A stretch of DNA of 63,109 bases, filler included, from Choristocarpus tenellus KU-1152 (Eukaryota; Protista; Phaeophyceae): assembly GCA_964200185.2 (NCBI GenBank). It is 10 parts of 10 records of this genome, joined end to end, with 100 filler letters (N's around TTAATTAATTAA, not from the genome) between each part and the next. Parts side by side here need not be neighbours in the genome. Positions count along the whole stretch, not along the records: positions 19,106 to 33,223 come from CAXNAD020001274.1; positions 33,324 to 37,043 come from CAXNAD020018311.1; positions 37,144 to 42,556 come from CAXNAD020010866.1; 7 more parts are not named here. One strand, written 5' to 3'. Shown here piece after piece: positions 24,851 through 39,061 of the stretch (position 1 is the stretch's first letter; each line of letters starts with the position of its first letter). Below the pieces are notes generated by a model. It ran no database searches. It was not told where the DNA came from and saw only the letters and a list, made by a program, of their open reading frames with translations. The position numbers and the translations under genes were made by a program.

Positions 24851-27800
24851 CTAGCTCACGCCAAACACGCCTTCAAAATATTTCCAAAGCACTGAAAAAA
24901 GTGCACCCTTTTTTGTTCAGTGAACAGAAACATGAACAAGCGGGGAGTCCACACGAGGAAATAGAGATTTAGAGTCATGGTCAAAGAAGGCACTCTCATA
25001 CTGTTTCTCATGGTGCGACCTATGTCACAAGCAGGGACCAACTTATTAGATTCCCGTTAAATCTAAAGTAACCCCATCCAGCTCTGCAAATTGCCACTGA
25101 GGTAGTACTTGGTAGACTCCACGCCCATAATTTCAGCTCATTTATATATTATATATTATTATTATTAGTGCTAAATAAAAATACAGTGTCAAAAGGTACC
25201 CCCATACAACATTGTCACTTCAAAGCACCTACTCAGGGCACAGTAGTATGTAGAAGTGATAAGATTTGGTGGGAGGTCATGACTGTGAAAGACAACGATG
25301 GCAGTGTGAAGTACTAGATATGTACATATGTATCATCATCAATATATATCCAATACAGAAAATATCTGATTGCTATCAATCTCTGATTCATCCTCAAAAT
25401 TGGCACGCTACCAATTTTCTGGCTACAAATACTTCCATGATGAAGATACAGTGCGTGAGCGATGCCAAGAGTATCCATAATACTAAAAATAACAGATAAC
25501 ATTGAAGGGTAGGGGGCATGGGGAAAAAAAAACATGCACTAATAGAGTAAACCTTCCAGGTGCTCAGCAAAAACGGGCATGCAAGCATGATCACATTCCG
25601 GGCAGTCATAGGATAAGGAGAGCCAAGTCTGCTAGTAACGCCCTCTGCCTGTAGTTAGACACCAATGTTTCCCATCTTTTTTTCAGCATTTGGTGGTCAC
25701 AAGAATTATCACCAATCCATTACCACTATCACAGTATTCTGATATACGTGATGATACATGGTGGGCAGGCGAGGCTTACACTTGGGAACGGACCTGGATT
25801 TCACAAGTGTCCACCTGGCATGTTTTAAAGAAGAGTAGGCCAGGTCTGACATCAAGCCAAAAAAAAGATTTCGATCAGAAACGCTCTCTAGCCCCTGACC
25901 ATCAACTATATTCATCTTAGGGTCGAGCAAGAATTATATCAATCTTCTTACTAGCAACAAAAATGTATACTTACTGTGGAAGATAATTGTCAAGAGGAGA
26001 CCATCAACAAATTCTATATTTTAAGAGGAAACTGTCATTACATCAGCAAATGCCTGGGAATGAGGTATTTCTCCTTGTCAATGACTGGAGCGACAGTCGC
26101 AGCGTCACTGAGATTACTATGATCAGGGAGTAACAAAGAGGACCATGGGGTTTGCTTGAGTTCTGGTAGGGGAGACCATTTGTTGCATTGGGAGGGATGC
26201 AGCTTTTAAAGGAAAGAAATATGAACACAAAACATAAACACAGGAGCCATCCCCTCATTTGAACATCAGCAGTCAAGAGCATAAAAAAGAATAAACATAA
26301 TCACACACAAAAATGGATCAAGCCAGGGTCTCTGATGGAGAGGAGGGTAGGGGTTAAGTCACCGCACCCAACCAATGATACATAACCCCTCAAAGTATCA
26401 TATATTCACAAAATAATAAATACTACATTTTCTGCCGGTTTGTGTTGCTGGCTGAAACCAGTATGGTACGAACCAACCTTCCCCACACATGAAGGAACTT
26501 AAAGAGTTCAAGGATTACAATCAGATCGCCATTGAACCTGGAACACTCACCCATGGCGTCTATATCATAACACACACAATTTAGCCTCCTTGGTGTTCCA
26601 TCACGTGTCCCTGCCTAGTCCTGCTCAATAAAAAATGCTTGCTGTCAAATCCATAAAATTTTCTTTTTCGTTTCTTCTTGCACCTGTTACACACACGGCT
26701 GATGTATGTTCACCAACTCATTTGCCTACAGGGTGGCCATGCCACCACATTTTGAATCTCTCCACACCCAGTAAAAAAGCGCAAAAAACATCCAGAATAA
26801 GGCAAAGCACCTACCCTTTGGGGTCCTTCACTCCAGAGCATACCTCACCTGGAGAGCATTCACCAAGATCCTAGTCTGCAAGCCTCGAACAAATAGTCCC
26901 ACAACTCCATCTTCATCCACTACCATCTTGATAGCCTCTGTATAGCTCACCTTGCATGGCACACACAAAGGACAAGGCAAATAATTACGATACCACTATA
27001 TATGAACATTTGGTCAAAAAAAGTGCTGACTAGTGAACAGTCGTATGTTCAGTTGTCTCTCACTTGCATAGGTGCTGTCTGTTTTGTGGTCTTCACCACA
27101 CGGATTGAATTGGAGCAGCAATCAGACACGCTGGACGCACATAGACCTGCAACACAATAGGGAAAGCAACCCGAGTCAGGGGTGTATCTCCAACAACAAT
27201 AGGAAATTGAAGAAGAGCTACAAAGCCAATCTCCCAAGGCACACTGACATCCATGCGTCCACTTCCTTGGCTGGCACCTCCACTACTCAAAAGCCACCCT
27301 ACCGAGGAATGCTTGTCGAGCCAGCTGTAAAAAGAGGTCACCATCGGTAGCAGTGGGCAGTGCAGCGTTGAGGGCATTATATGTGAAATACCTGGAGTTC
27401 GCAACGAAATACGAAATTGCAGCAGGGGATAGGCAAGAGAGGGGCATAAGGAGAGACATTTTTCATTTTCCAGGTAAAAATGTGTATTACACTGCTCCAA
27501 TATCCCTGAATATCCATACTTTGTTTGCTGGGAGCAATCAAGATCCTGCAAATGGGTAAAAAGTGCAACAAATCACCATGGGTAGTGTCCAACGAATGTG
27601 GCTGCAGCTGATGCAATAGCTCCTTCAAAAAGAGAGCTGGGGCCGTTTTCCTTGACCTTTTCCATCAACAATGGTATTCCGTCAGGTCCAGACACCTGTT
27701 TGTATGTGGGTCATCAAATAACAGCACGGATACATAGTTGAAGGCCCGGACTATATCCTAGCAACACATCTCCTTGCATTGATCAATCTATCTATTATCG

Positions 27801-28737
27801 ATGTTGTCCTATCAAGTATTTCCAATTCCAATTGAAGAACAACTATTTTTTTCGGAGCAGTGGATGTCCTTGGAGGAACACCGTCACACAACGCCAAGAC
27901 AACATTGACACTATCAGCGAACTCGATCCACCCATCCTCCGAACCGAACAAGTGCCGACATACCTGCATTGTGGTCTTGAATGTGTCGACTGGAGTCAAG
28001 AGGATGCGCCAAAGTGCAGCAGCAAGGCTCCCCGCTGCGGACTTCACAGGGAGTGGAAGCCCCTTTGTTGACTCAAGGGCATCTAGAAGTACAAGAACAC
28101 CGATGTTGGCCGCCGTGTCCCCGAATCTACTCAGGGGTCCCTGCACAAGTGCAAAAGGAAGCCCCAGATAAAACCGCGAGATCCCACCTTCTTTGTACAG
28201 GTTCTGCAGAGCTTCCTTTGTGGATGTTCCATATCTGTATTGATAGTTCATGGTCGTCCGTAGCCACATCAGGGATAAAACCTGAACCACCGCTGCCGCT
28301 GCACCGGATGCACCACCCCCCAAGGCTCGTTTCGTCGCCTTTTCGAATATTCGCTTCGTTGACACAGGTTTGCTCGAGGGAGACGAGGCCTGCGACTCCA
28401 TAGCTGACGATTTCCCTCCCAATTCAAGAGTTGCCGTGCAGAGGGCGGCCACTACACTTTGCTTCAAAAGAGATCCTCTAGACACAGTATAATCCTCCTC
28501 ATCGGTAGATCTTTGAACAGGTTGCGAAGAAAGAAGTGTACCCAATACAGGGTCAAGTTCGCCCAGGGGAGAAGACATTCGTACGTTGTACACGCCCTTG
28601 TGTCTTGGGGACAGTTTTCTTTTTAGGGGGTGCAAGGCCATCACCGTCCCCTGCCATTGCTGGGTCGTAATATGACATAGTCTTGGCCCAAGAGCCACAG
28701 CATTTGCCAGATGTGTGTCGGTAAGCATATGGAGCAT
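24851..28737 (-). CDS. Mitochondrial carrier family (SLC25-like) protein; exons 28737-27964, 27695-27577, 27391-27303, 27146-27064, 26950-26849, 24907-24851
   Basis: All introns are GT-AG and in phase. Carrier signatures: WLRTTMNYQY, LTPVDTFKTTMQ, FVGHYPWYFTY, SNSIRVVKTTKQ, GLFVRGLQTRILVNALQGALFSVLWKYF. The start is taken as the first in-frame ATG and is uncertain. Confidence 0.88.
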
Positions 28738-28992
28738 GAAGAATAGTGGAGGTCGGAGATGGGACCTTATTATGTGGGAAGTATCATATCGGTTGAATTT
28801 CCTAGTCCAGTCTTTCCCCACGGCACGACTCTTCACCAAACTGGCCAATGAGCAAGCCTGAAATCGTAACGCCAAGCCAAGTGATTTTGCAACGGTTTGT
28901 AGAATACCTCATGAAGGAAGGTTGAAACATTTTAACGGGATGAACGGACTGGTGCATGCAGTCGATTGGGGTGGTCAGTCAACCGACTGCCT

Positions 28993-31900
28993 ATGACGAG
29001 TATGGAGATCCTGAGGACCTCCTCCAAACGCCTCGGTCGCCTACGCCCACACGACGAGAAGGAAGGTGCGACATGCGCACTAAACGACGACAGGCTCCTC
29101 GACCTAAAGAAGGTGAGAACGAGTCGGTGTAGGGGTTCTCGCGGTGACACGAGCTCAGTCATTGCCCTATGCAGTCAAATGAGGGCAGTGTGGCATGAAG
29201 AGGGTGGTGTACCTACTCTACTTCACAGACTCACAACGCCCCCCCTACCTTGCAAAACACCTTCAGGAAATATTCGAGGAGGAAAACCGACACCAGAGGG
29301 CCATGATGGAGATAGAGAGTAGGGCATATCAGGGTGCATCTTTGGGTAGTGGTAGCGATGACTGGTCGATCGACAGTGACTATGACTTCAAAAAATATGA
29401 AGACGGTGCCCCGTCTAATGCCAAACTGAAGTCACCCAGTGCCGATACCCAAGGAAATAGAACAACCCCAAGAGAGGGTATGAAGATAGCAGGAGAGGCA
29501 AAAGCTGCGGGAATTGCCGCATTGGATTCAGCTGGGACCGCCCGTCAAGCGCCAGTTGAGGGAGATAGTGATGTTGAAGTGAGAGGGGAATCTAGGTATG
29601 AGACAGAAACCACACCAGAAAGGCTTCTCGGGGACCCGGGAAGCAGCACAGAGAGTGTGCAAGCTCTTCGCCTGGAACAGCGCATGTTCCTCAAGGTAGA
29701 TGTGGAGATGGGAGAATATGCTGAATTGGACGAACCTAGAGAGCTGGGAAGGTTTCAGTGGGGACTATACTCAACAAATCTGCAGCTTTGCAGCTCGCAG
29801 TTGTCTGGACCAGTCAACAGACACGAAAGCATGATTACGCCATCTGATATGGTGCATGTTTACACGTGACAGACTTCGGATATTATACTCGATATCCGGA
29901 TCTAGTGAACAAGAGCAGTAGGATTTACATGCTGAGTCACGAATCTCACTCATATTTAAATGGCCAAACGATTGTCAAATTCTGTCTTCCTCTCATCTCC
30001 TGACAAACAAAAATGTCGCCTCATCAGCTTTCCACAATCCTACTCCCCTTACTGGCAACAGTAACTTACTACCAATAGTCCATACTCCACATGACAGGCT
30101 GCCTTCCAACTACTAGAGGAAAGGGAGCGCCAACCCGTGGGATTAAGTGGTATAGGGGATCCTGCAGGTAGCAGTCGAGTCAGCAGAAGTGGGACTCGAA
30201 GAGGTCCCAAAGCACTGGGTATCAGGACAAAGGCAGGAGGACAGGGGGTAGGTGGAGGAGGGAATAGTGGCAGAGCGGGGTCAGAGCCTTGGGGACATTG
30301 GCCAACAGGAGAAAGGAGAAGACAAAAAACAGGGCATTCCTCAATAAAGTCTGGTCAACTCCGCAAGGCCAGACTTCACCATGTTGGTCGGCTAGAGACC
30401 ACAACATGGAAGACCAAGCTGGTAGAGGTGACTCCCGGTCAGCTTGCCTACTATCCAGATAACCCATCCGTCTTGGGAAAGGGGTAAGCAAACGGAGTCA
30501 ATTCTTGAGGAAGGTCGGTAGCAAAACTACAAGAATTTATAAGAGTTATTTTTGTGTGAGCATTTTTAACACTCTGGTTGGCTGGTGAATGGTTTAGGTA
30601 AGGCTCGTTATGGACAGGGTAAAAAATTGTAAGTGGTAGCAGCATTTTGCTTGGAAGCCCGAACATATAGATGGAGCAATGGACATTGGACTGATACTTG
30701 ATATGAAGTAAGAGTTGTCCTATGGTGGCTTTTAACACAAAACATGTGACTCTGGTCCAGGGGGCTGTAGCAACGTCAATGTTATCCCCATATATTATCC
30801 AAAGGATTTCGAAACTGCATGCATCATAAATATGAATAACAACCTTGCAAACCAAGGATCCGGCATCATCAATTGCCCTCTCCCATACTTCTGTTATACT
30901 TCTGAGCAAAGCAGGCGAGGAGGCAAGGTTATTCCATTGTACTTGGGTTTTTCCACCTGTTCTGCTATCCATCCAAAGGATGTCCCATCTCCTGCACGCA
31001 ATAGCATCAGCCTCGCACAATCTTTAAACCTCAGCGCAAGAGGAAGTGCTCCAGCACCGTCCAGGCAGCATCTGTTGGAAACTGCAGTAATTGGAGGAGT
31101 CAAGAAGATTTGGGCAGCGCAGAGTAAGGAGGACTGCCGAAGATGGGTGAGAGGGTATAGGCATAGTTGTTATTCAGAGGTGGGAGGTTGGAAATATCCA
31201 TGGGAGATAGGGCCAACCATTCGCCTTCTAACCTTGGATCGTTCCTTGAAAAGCTTGTCCTGTCACTTCTGTCCTAAACACCATGAACTTCTATCAAATG
31301 TGTTCTGTTTCATCCCTTTCCATTGTGTGCTGCCCTGATGCCTTCCTACTTTATATCAAGGTTCAAGCTATCCGGAGTGCCATGGTGGAAAGGCCAGTAG
31401 ATCCCTTGGAGCTGGAGTTAGGAGAAGGGGTGGTCCCTTACATTTCCCCTGACTCCCCACATGCAAATGACATGGCAAGGTAAATGGTCGACCAGCAAGA
31501 CAGCAGAAGAGCTCTTCTTGGCATACTTAATACCTCCTTGAGGTCTTGGTGACCGAGCAATGCATGATGTCCATTAAATTGAGGAAGCAAGCCTTGGTCT
31601 ATGAACCTCACATAGACAAGTTGCACACAGGCCTTAGTAACAGAGGGTGCATTCCCTGCTCTATCCTTTTATAATACATCGAAATTCTGAATGCTTCCCT
31701 GCATCTGATGACTTTCCTGACGATCAATCAGCAAATATGTCCATTCACCGTATCATTTTGTGCCACTCCTGGTTTTTAGCTACCTCTGTGCCAGAACATC
31801 ACTGCGAGGGGCATCATCAATCCTTGATTATGTAAACACCCTGAGGAGCATGAAAGGTGGTATGTCTAGGCCTGGAAATAGCACGGGATTGGCAGTCCCC

Positions 31901-33125
31901 ATAAAGTGGGTGAAGCAGCAGCTTCCTGGTGCTGAGAGGGTGTACCAGGTTGGTAGAGAATTACAAGAGACAAGTACATGGAAAGGGGCAGCATGTGATG
32001 TAGATAGGGTTATCATTTGGGGTATTCCGGGGCAATTGACACATGGTCAACCTTTCTCTGAGTCATCATTATGCATCCTTTTCACACAGTTATGGAACCA
32101 GCGGAAGATATTTCTTTTTGCTTTGTCACTGCCTTACAGCATGCACAAGAGTATAGTGGGTATTCTTCCTGCGTACTTCACAGGTATCATATCAAAGAAG
32201 AACGAAAATTTCTTCCACGGATGACTTAACATGACAGACCTGGTGATGTAAGGGTTGCCAAAGTGCTGTGAATATGACTTTGCTGAGGAAAAGCAAGAGG
32301 TTGGCATAGACAGCTACGATGGTTTAGAAAATTGTGAATACGCTGATGCCTACACATCCTGAGTTATGATCTGGTGATAGTTTGAAGTGTAGTATATGTA
32401 AGAACTACTGCTGTGGCACAACAGCTAAGTGTTGTCAAGAGCTTACAAACATATGTGTACCATAGCAAAGAAAGTCCAGGTTTCCTTGGGTTATACTTAG
32501 AAGTAGTATATTCCTGGGTTATTCTGGTGGACAAGGGTTCGAACGGTATCTGATTAATGAGGGTAGGAGCTGGATACCCACCCCATGTGCAATTTGTGCA
32601 TTTGAAAGCTGCATGAAGGTGGAAATGTTTAATTTCATTTCTTCATGGCAATGAACACTATCTAATTCTTCTGTTGTTATATAGGAGGCACAGGTGCTCC
32701 CTGAAGTCGTTGTCGATAAGGTGCAGTTCTAGTAGATCACGTTTTGGTGTTGTTGTACCCAACTTGATATATCTAACCTCAATTGTGTGAGGCAAGACAA
32801 ATACACTCACCCATCTTCTTCCAGGACATCTAGTGTGATTTTCCTTTTCTAGCAAAAGATTAATTAACAATTGAGTGCTTCAAATATGCACACCTCAATG
32901 TGCCTTTCAACAGTTTGACATCCACACCTTTATCCAATATCTATTATCTGCCCCTTTATTCCATACATTCAATAGGTTCCAGCTCGCCAGCGTGGGAAGT
33001 CTGAGCTGGCACAACTGTGGAAAGATATGAAAAGAGATACAGTTTCCATCAATGGAAGGGTGCTCAAGGGGGAGGAAGGCCCTGAGGCCATTGTTGGAGC
33101 ACTCACACGCTGCATCCTTGCACAG
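28993..33125 (+). CDS. PH-domain-containing protein, 3'-truncated by spacer; exons ~28993-29112 (uncertain), ~29189-29695, 30098-30483, ~30912-31146, 31361-31479, 31780-31948, 32976-33125
   Basis: Phase-consistent splicing from 29695 onward. PH-like strands KSGQLRK...WKTKLVEVTPGQLAYY and the terminal helix WAAQSKEDCRRW|VQAIRSA. Confidence 0.72.
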
Positions 33126-33369
33126 GTAAGCTCAACAACAGCCTGAAAGGCAAGGTGGGCTGAAATGGTGCATGACTCTTGCCAGGGGTACACTGTGCCT
33201 CCCAATTTTGTGCTTATGATCAANNNNNNNNNNNNNNNNNNNNNNNNNNNNNNNNNNNNNNNNNNNNTTAATTAATTAANNNNNNNNNNNNNNNNNNNNN
33301 NNNNNNNNNNNNNNNNNNNNNNNGGGGGGGGGGGGGGGGGGGGGGGGGGGGGTGGCAGAGTACGGCGAT

Positions 33370-35690
33370 TCATGAATGTTTGTGATTTGGAGGTAATATC
33401 GTCTGAAGAAGGTGGTGCAAAAACGGCAACCTTATTGTGGCAAAAGTCGAACACACTACTGATCCAATACTTACCTGTAAGGCCCATAGTTTTCTACGCA
33501 ATGTGTTTGGGTGCCGCATTAGGTAGGTTAGGACTCGGGAATAAAAAAAAAATGTATTTTCTGCGTGCCGGTCACTAAACTCTGCCGTTCGTTCTTGACC
33601 AAATACGTAAGTTAGTGCATTCTATACCACATTCACCTCGATCTGGTAGCCGAAGTCCGTCGCCACCGTCTTCGCAACGAAAATGGTCGCCTCATCGCGT
33701 CCCATCGCCTTTCCCTGAGGATGGACGGCCTCAGCAAAACATCGCTGCGTCTCCGTTGGGACGAGGGTCTGCCCCAAGGCTTCCGGCAGGCAGGAAGGGT
33801 CTATCACGCGTTCTTGAACGAGAGACGTGGATACCTGCAACATCATGTGCGTATATGTGATAGCCCAACAATGTGGCAGTGAAGTGGGTTAGCCATGCGA
33901 TAAGGTTTTGTCACATATGTATGGGTTATTCCGGTGTTGGTTAAAGATGTTGTGGTGTACTGCAGCACGTTTTTTTTTGTTCGTGCAGGGAAGGAGGAAA
34001 TTACGACGTGCCAACGATCACACCAAAGTCTTGGGGAGTCGCGATTTCCAGCGGTGGTGTGGGTAACTGTGTGCACTCTGTTGGCAACGTGTAAACATCT
34101 ACAAGGAAACATCACGCGTACAATTGCACGTCTGAGACCTATCCATAGGGAACGAAACAAACAACAGGTTGGAAAGCAATGGAAAAAAAAAGCCAGCACA
34201 TCCTTTTTACCTTCCACTTGCCGTCCTTGTAGGCTTGGTCGAAGGACGTGTCCATCTTCTCCTTCACCTCGTCCTTTGACGCCGCGTTGGACACGAACAC
34301 CTCCACCCTCCTGCTCCGTTCAAGGGCCGCCTCCACGACATTGTGCTTCTCTGTGCTGTAGGAGACGACGGTGTCCCCAGTATTCGTGTACCTATCGTAG
34401 GAGGGCAGTTCGTAAATTAGCCCTAACGTTGTATATTGTATTGCGCACGGATTCATCATGTCGCAATGTATGAGTAACGTTCCGATACAGGGCAACACAC
34501 TCTTGGTGCGTTTTGACACTTAACGTACCGATTCGGGAAACAAACTCGTGGGATGGATTGACGCCCCTGAACCGTCACCCAGCTCGTTCTGTTACTGTTT
34601 AACGATGTCCTACATCTATACAAAAAAAAAAATCGCTGCTTCTGTGAAGAAGGATGTGTGTGACGTTATTACCGAACCTGTTAAGGAGGAAGTGGAGGGT
34701 CCTCATGGGGATGTCCGAGACAGCACCTTCGTATTCGACGTCCAACCTGGTTTGGAGTACCAGATGCATCACGCCCGTGGCCAAAGATGTCGTCGACGGT
34801 GACTCGCTTATTGCATGTGAACATTGTCCCATCGTTGTGCGCGAGAAGAATCATGTCCTGACAACATCTGAGATGGTTATCTGTGCCTAATTGAGGGCGC
34901 CCCCCCCTCCTCGTCTTGTATATTAGGGTTAGGGGATGATCCTCCACAATCAAGCCCACCTTCGACGCTGTAAGAGCCTCTGAATGAAGAGAAGGCGGGA
35001 GCGAGTACGTGGGTCCGGCATGCGACAAACTTGACAGTGACATCACACAAGTAGTTATTGTAGGGATTCATGAAATCTCATACCACTAACATTATAATAG
35101 TGCAACGAGTGTGGAACACAAGGCAATAACCAATGCAAAAATTGCAAACAATAGGAAATTAAGAAATAATAGAAGTAAATATGGCAAAAAAATGTAGTGA
35201 AGATAAGTAACGCCAGCATGCGATTCGCGAATAATGAAACCAAGAAATACGGAGTAGCCGGGGGGAAAGAGCAAGCTACACGAAAGGAAGTAGAAGGTAC
35301 GAAGGACATGAAACAACATGGGGAAAGTGAAAAATATAGGAATACACACGAGCTAATCCGCATCTCCTGAACGGTCGCACAATATTCGATCGGCACACGG
35401 ACGGAATGATAACGGCCATGGTGGATTGCAATAGTCTCCCGCAATACACCCCATATTTCAGCGCTGGCGAACTCTGCAACTCACCTGCTAGGCGGTGTGC
35501 TTCTGTGGCCCACGGGTGGGGCACAATGAGCGCAATGGTGCCCTGAGGATGCATCTTAGGCCGAAGCACTGGAGCATCTCGCGCAGGTGTGTGTTGGTCG
35601 CCTCTTCGTCGATGAGAAGCCTTGGCTCGGCGGCAATGGACACTATGGCGAGCTTTGGCGCGTTGTGGAAGGCGAAATCACCAAGTTTGT
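33370..35690 (-). CDS. Multi-exon gene of unknown function; supported exons 34746-34678, 34391-34211, 33834-33637; possible terminal exon 33474-33370; upstream exon(s) near 35690-35485 unresolved
   Basis: Three consecutive GT-AG exons join in phase: LDVEYEGAVSDIPMRTLHFLLNR|YTNTGD...DGKWK|VSTSLVQERV...DFGYQIE. No family recognised. Confidence 0.5.
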
Positions 35691-37502
35691 CTAAGGATAT
35701 CGTGGGGTCGAGAGGGCAAAGGTCGTGTAGTGCAGTGTTCTCACTCCTGCTTGGACATCATGACACACGACACAGTAGAGAGACAGGACGACAAGAAGGA
35801 CGGCATAGTAAGCTACAGTGCAGGCAATCTTTTCATTAAATGAGTTCCTGACAATATTTCCACGGCATCTCCAAAATGTCAGGCCGTACCCTCCACAACG
35901 CCAGATTCATCAGATACATCTCGTGGAAGGAGGGTAGACGTCAAAACACTAAGTTCCATGGCCCATGGAACCCTCCGAAAAAGCAACATATCCAAGGTAC
36001 AAAGGACAAGCAATCCACATGATGTACAAGCAGCCAAGATCTATGTGCAAACCAACGCGATAACAAACACGCAGAGACGACTTGTGTGTCTGTATAATGT
36101 GCAACCACGCCGAGACCCACATGCACTTCTCCATGTCAGCCGTTTCGCCGCGTGAGGGGGGATGTAAAAGGCTTTGCGTCGTGGGTGGCCCGCCCGCGGT
36201 CCTTGCATGAGCCTTACCCTTCCCCTTACCCCTGCCCCGACCCGCCGCTTCGTTCCCCACCGATCCAGACCCTTCCCTGCCCTCCTGTGCCATGGGGCAA
36301 TTGATACATAATCGATCCTTGTGCCTCTCGCCGCCTACAATCTCCGTGTTGGCACACTCGCCCATATGCGTGATTGAGCACTTTGGACATGTATACCAGT
36401 CGCACGTGTCATCGAATCAGAGCGTTAAACAGACAGGATAGCATTTTTCCAGATCATTAATTGGGCGCAACAACGCAACGCAGGGATTCACGGTTGTGAA
36501 GGACCACGAAATTGGCGGCGGCGCAAAACAGCACAAAGTAGTACAGGTGAGATACAACAGTTGGTGATGTACATGCGTTAACACACAATCGAACAGTGGC
36601 AAATAAAGATACGTGGGGGTAGCGACTGCAACGCCGTACATAGAGGGACCCCGCAACATACCATGGATTCAATGGCGTGTGCCGCTGAAAAGATACAACA
36701 TATCTATCCGTTCGGGGGATTGGATGGAAACCAATCTTACGCCATTAATTACACCCCGCCCTACACGTGCACCATTACAACTACATTACTCACCGAGACG
36801 TAGGTGGAGGATTGCATTCAGTACAGCAAACGCCCGTGTTCCACCCTCCCTCTTCGTTTTGTTCTTCTTCCACACCAGGAACACTGCCGACAAAACCACC
36901 TTCGCCCGTATCCTCCCTGTCTGGCAGTCCGTTCCCTCCCTCATCTTCGTCCCCTCCCTCGTCTTCTTTCTCACGGTCATATGATGCCGATCCGTTTTTG
37001 CTGACTCAAAGTATCTGGGAGGGGGTGGCGGCTGTCCATATGGNNNNNNNNNNNNNNNNNNNNNNNNNNNNNNNNNNNNNNNNNNNNTTAATTAATTAAN
37101 NNNNNNNNNNNNNNNNNNNNNNNNNNNNNNNNNNNNNNNNNNNTTTACAACTCCCTTACAGAATGTTCAAGCGAAGCAAAAATCGAGAAAAAAAAAAAGA
37201 TGCACAAAAAAAAAAGTTTCGTACTGCGATGTTGGAGTCATTACCACACTAGCAATACTAGTACTTTTGTACTGCAATCGATAATAATGAAGGTAAGATT
37301 GAGGAGTTAGGGACATGGTACCAGAAGCAGTATCTGTCTATACACCAATAGAATAACCTGAACCTTACAATGATACAACAGGATCCACTTCACCTCAATG
37401 ATTACAATAATTTTAAAAAAAACTCATCAATATTAGTCTTTGCAGCAAAGAAATTTTTCGAATTGCTAATTCAACAAACCAAATAGAAGACCTTCACATT
37501 AC

Positions 37503-38749
37503 CAGGGTTCCTACATTGAACAGCTTCCTGCTGGCAGTCAATCGTGTGCACCCACCGAGGTCAACATTATGAGCAGCCCTCTGCATCACCCCAAGAAGGT
37601 TGAGCATGCGGTCAACCTGAAGACTGTCCCGCCAGTTGAATACCACACACTTTGCCATGGGAAGGATGGCGGAGGCCAATCGGGCATCGTACGCAACATC
37701 TCGGTCACCCTGTCCCTCCACATCCGCAAATAGCACCCGCACTTCGTTCATGGGAACAGAGGGCGAGGGATAAAGTGGGGGAGACGGAGGATCTGATACA
37801 TCTTTCGTGGTGATTCTTCAGTACAAGTTTTTCTACTTATTGGCTTCATTTGCACGACTTCTCCTGCAGATGGTCCGTGGTAGTAAAACGAGCTGGTAGA
37901 TGAGCAGGTGCGAAGTTATTCGCGTGTGGGTGTGGATGTAGATGTTGAACCATGACCGCCCCAAAAATATTGGATATACGAAGAAAAGCAGGGCAAGGTG
38001 ACAAAAGTCACAAAATCATGATATGGAAAAACCCGCAGATTCCATAGTAGGCATTCCTGTATAAAAGGGGAAGGAACTACGATAAGTGTTCGTCAAATGC
38101 CAAACATACCTCTGCTACCAGAGACTCCCCTTGGGGAGGTACACCCGCCAATGGAGGCAAACTCGTGCAATGGCAACACGGTCCGTGACACATCGACACC
38201 CTGGGTGCAAGGATCCTGCAATACGGGAGAAAGAAGATTGTGGTGAGGGAAGCAAGGAGCATTTCATTGTCCAGCAAACACCAGACGGATGTCCTCCTCA
38301 CGTAGTATTTGATTAAGGGAATTTACACCTTCAGGTGACAGACACTGGAGGTCGCCTTACACAGGAAAGGATGAGAGACCTCAACTAACACAATAAATAA
38401 TTCGTCGCCGGCGCTTACAACATCATCATCTAGGCACAACCTTGTCATTTGAAATTTTGAAAACGCCGTCTCTGCCTGCTAGCTGGTTCATCAGGAAGCT
38501 CTTGCCGCCTCGTGCTGCGCCGAAGATAGCCACCAAGTTCACGGGCTCTTTTCTTCCAAGGGGCTTCAGCACGGTCTCTGCAGTCGGTTGGATCACAGCC
38601 ATGATAGGGTCTGGTCTTCCTGCCACATCGGCCATCGTGATCCACTTCATCGCCCCTGTTACCAGTTCTGGACGCCCCCCCCCTTGATCTTGGTTGTCAT
38701 TACCAGGAGGGATCGGTGGAGCAAATAGCGCCCTCAGTATACGAGACAT
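37503..38749 (-). CDS. Guanylate-binding protein/atlastin (GB1/RHD3) family GTPase, N-terminal part; exons 38749-38441, 38215-38110, 37792-37503; truncated by spacer
   Basis: G1 GAARGGKSFLMN, G2 PCTQGV and G3 LFADVEGQGD, followed by YDARL...VVFN. Introns are in phase. Confidence 0.88.
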
Positions 38750-39061
38750 ATCAGCAGTTGATGAGGTAACTTTCGCTTTGGACTCAACGCAAGATGGACC
38801 TTGAGGGGATAGGTTTTGCCCCAGTAACTGAGGAGTGTTCTTAGAGAAACAAACTTTAACGGGAACGATTCCATGTGGTAGTGCCACAAATGCTCCGTGG
38901 TGCCCCAAGGGTGCCACAGAAGAAGGAAGATGAGATAATTATACTAACTCTACAACTTCATACCTCATATATATTATATACTCAATATTTCAAACATAAT
39001 CATCAATTCTCCAAATCGAAAATAATGGATAGTGAGAGTACCACGATACCTTGGTGGGGTG

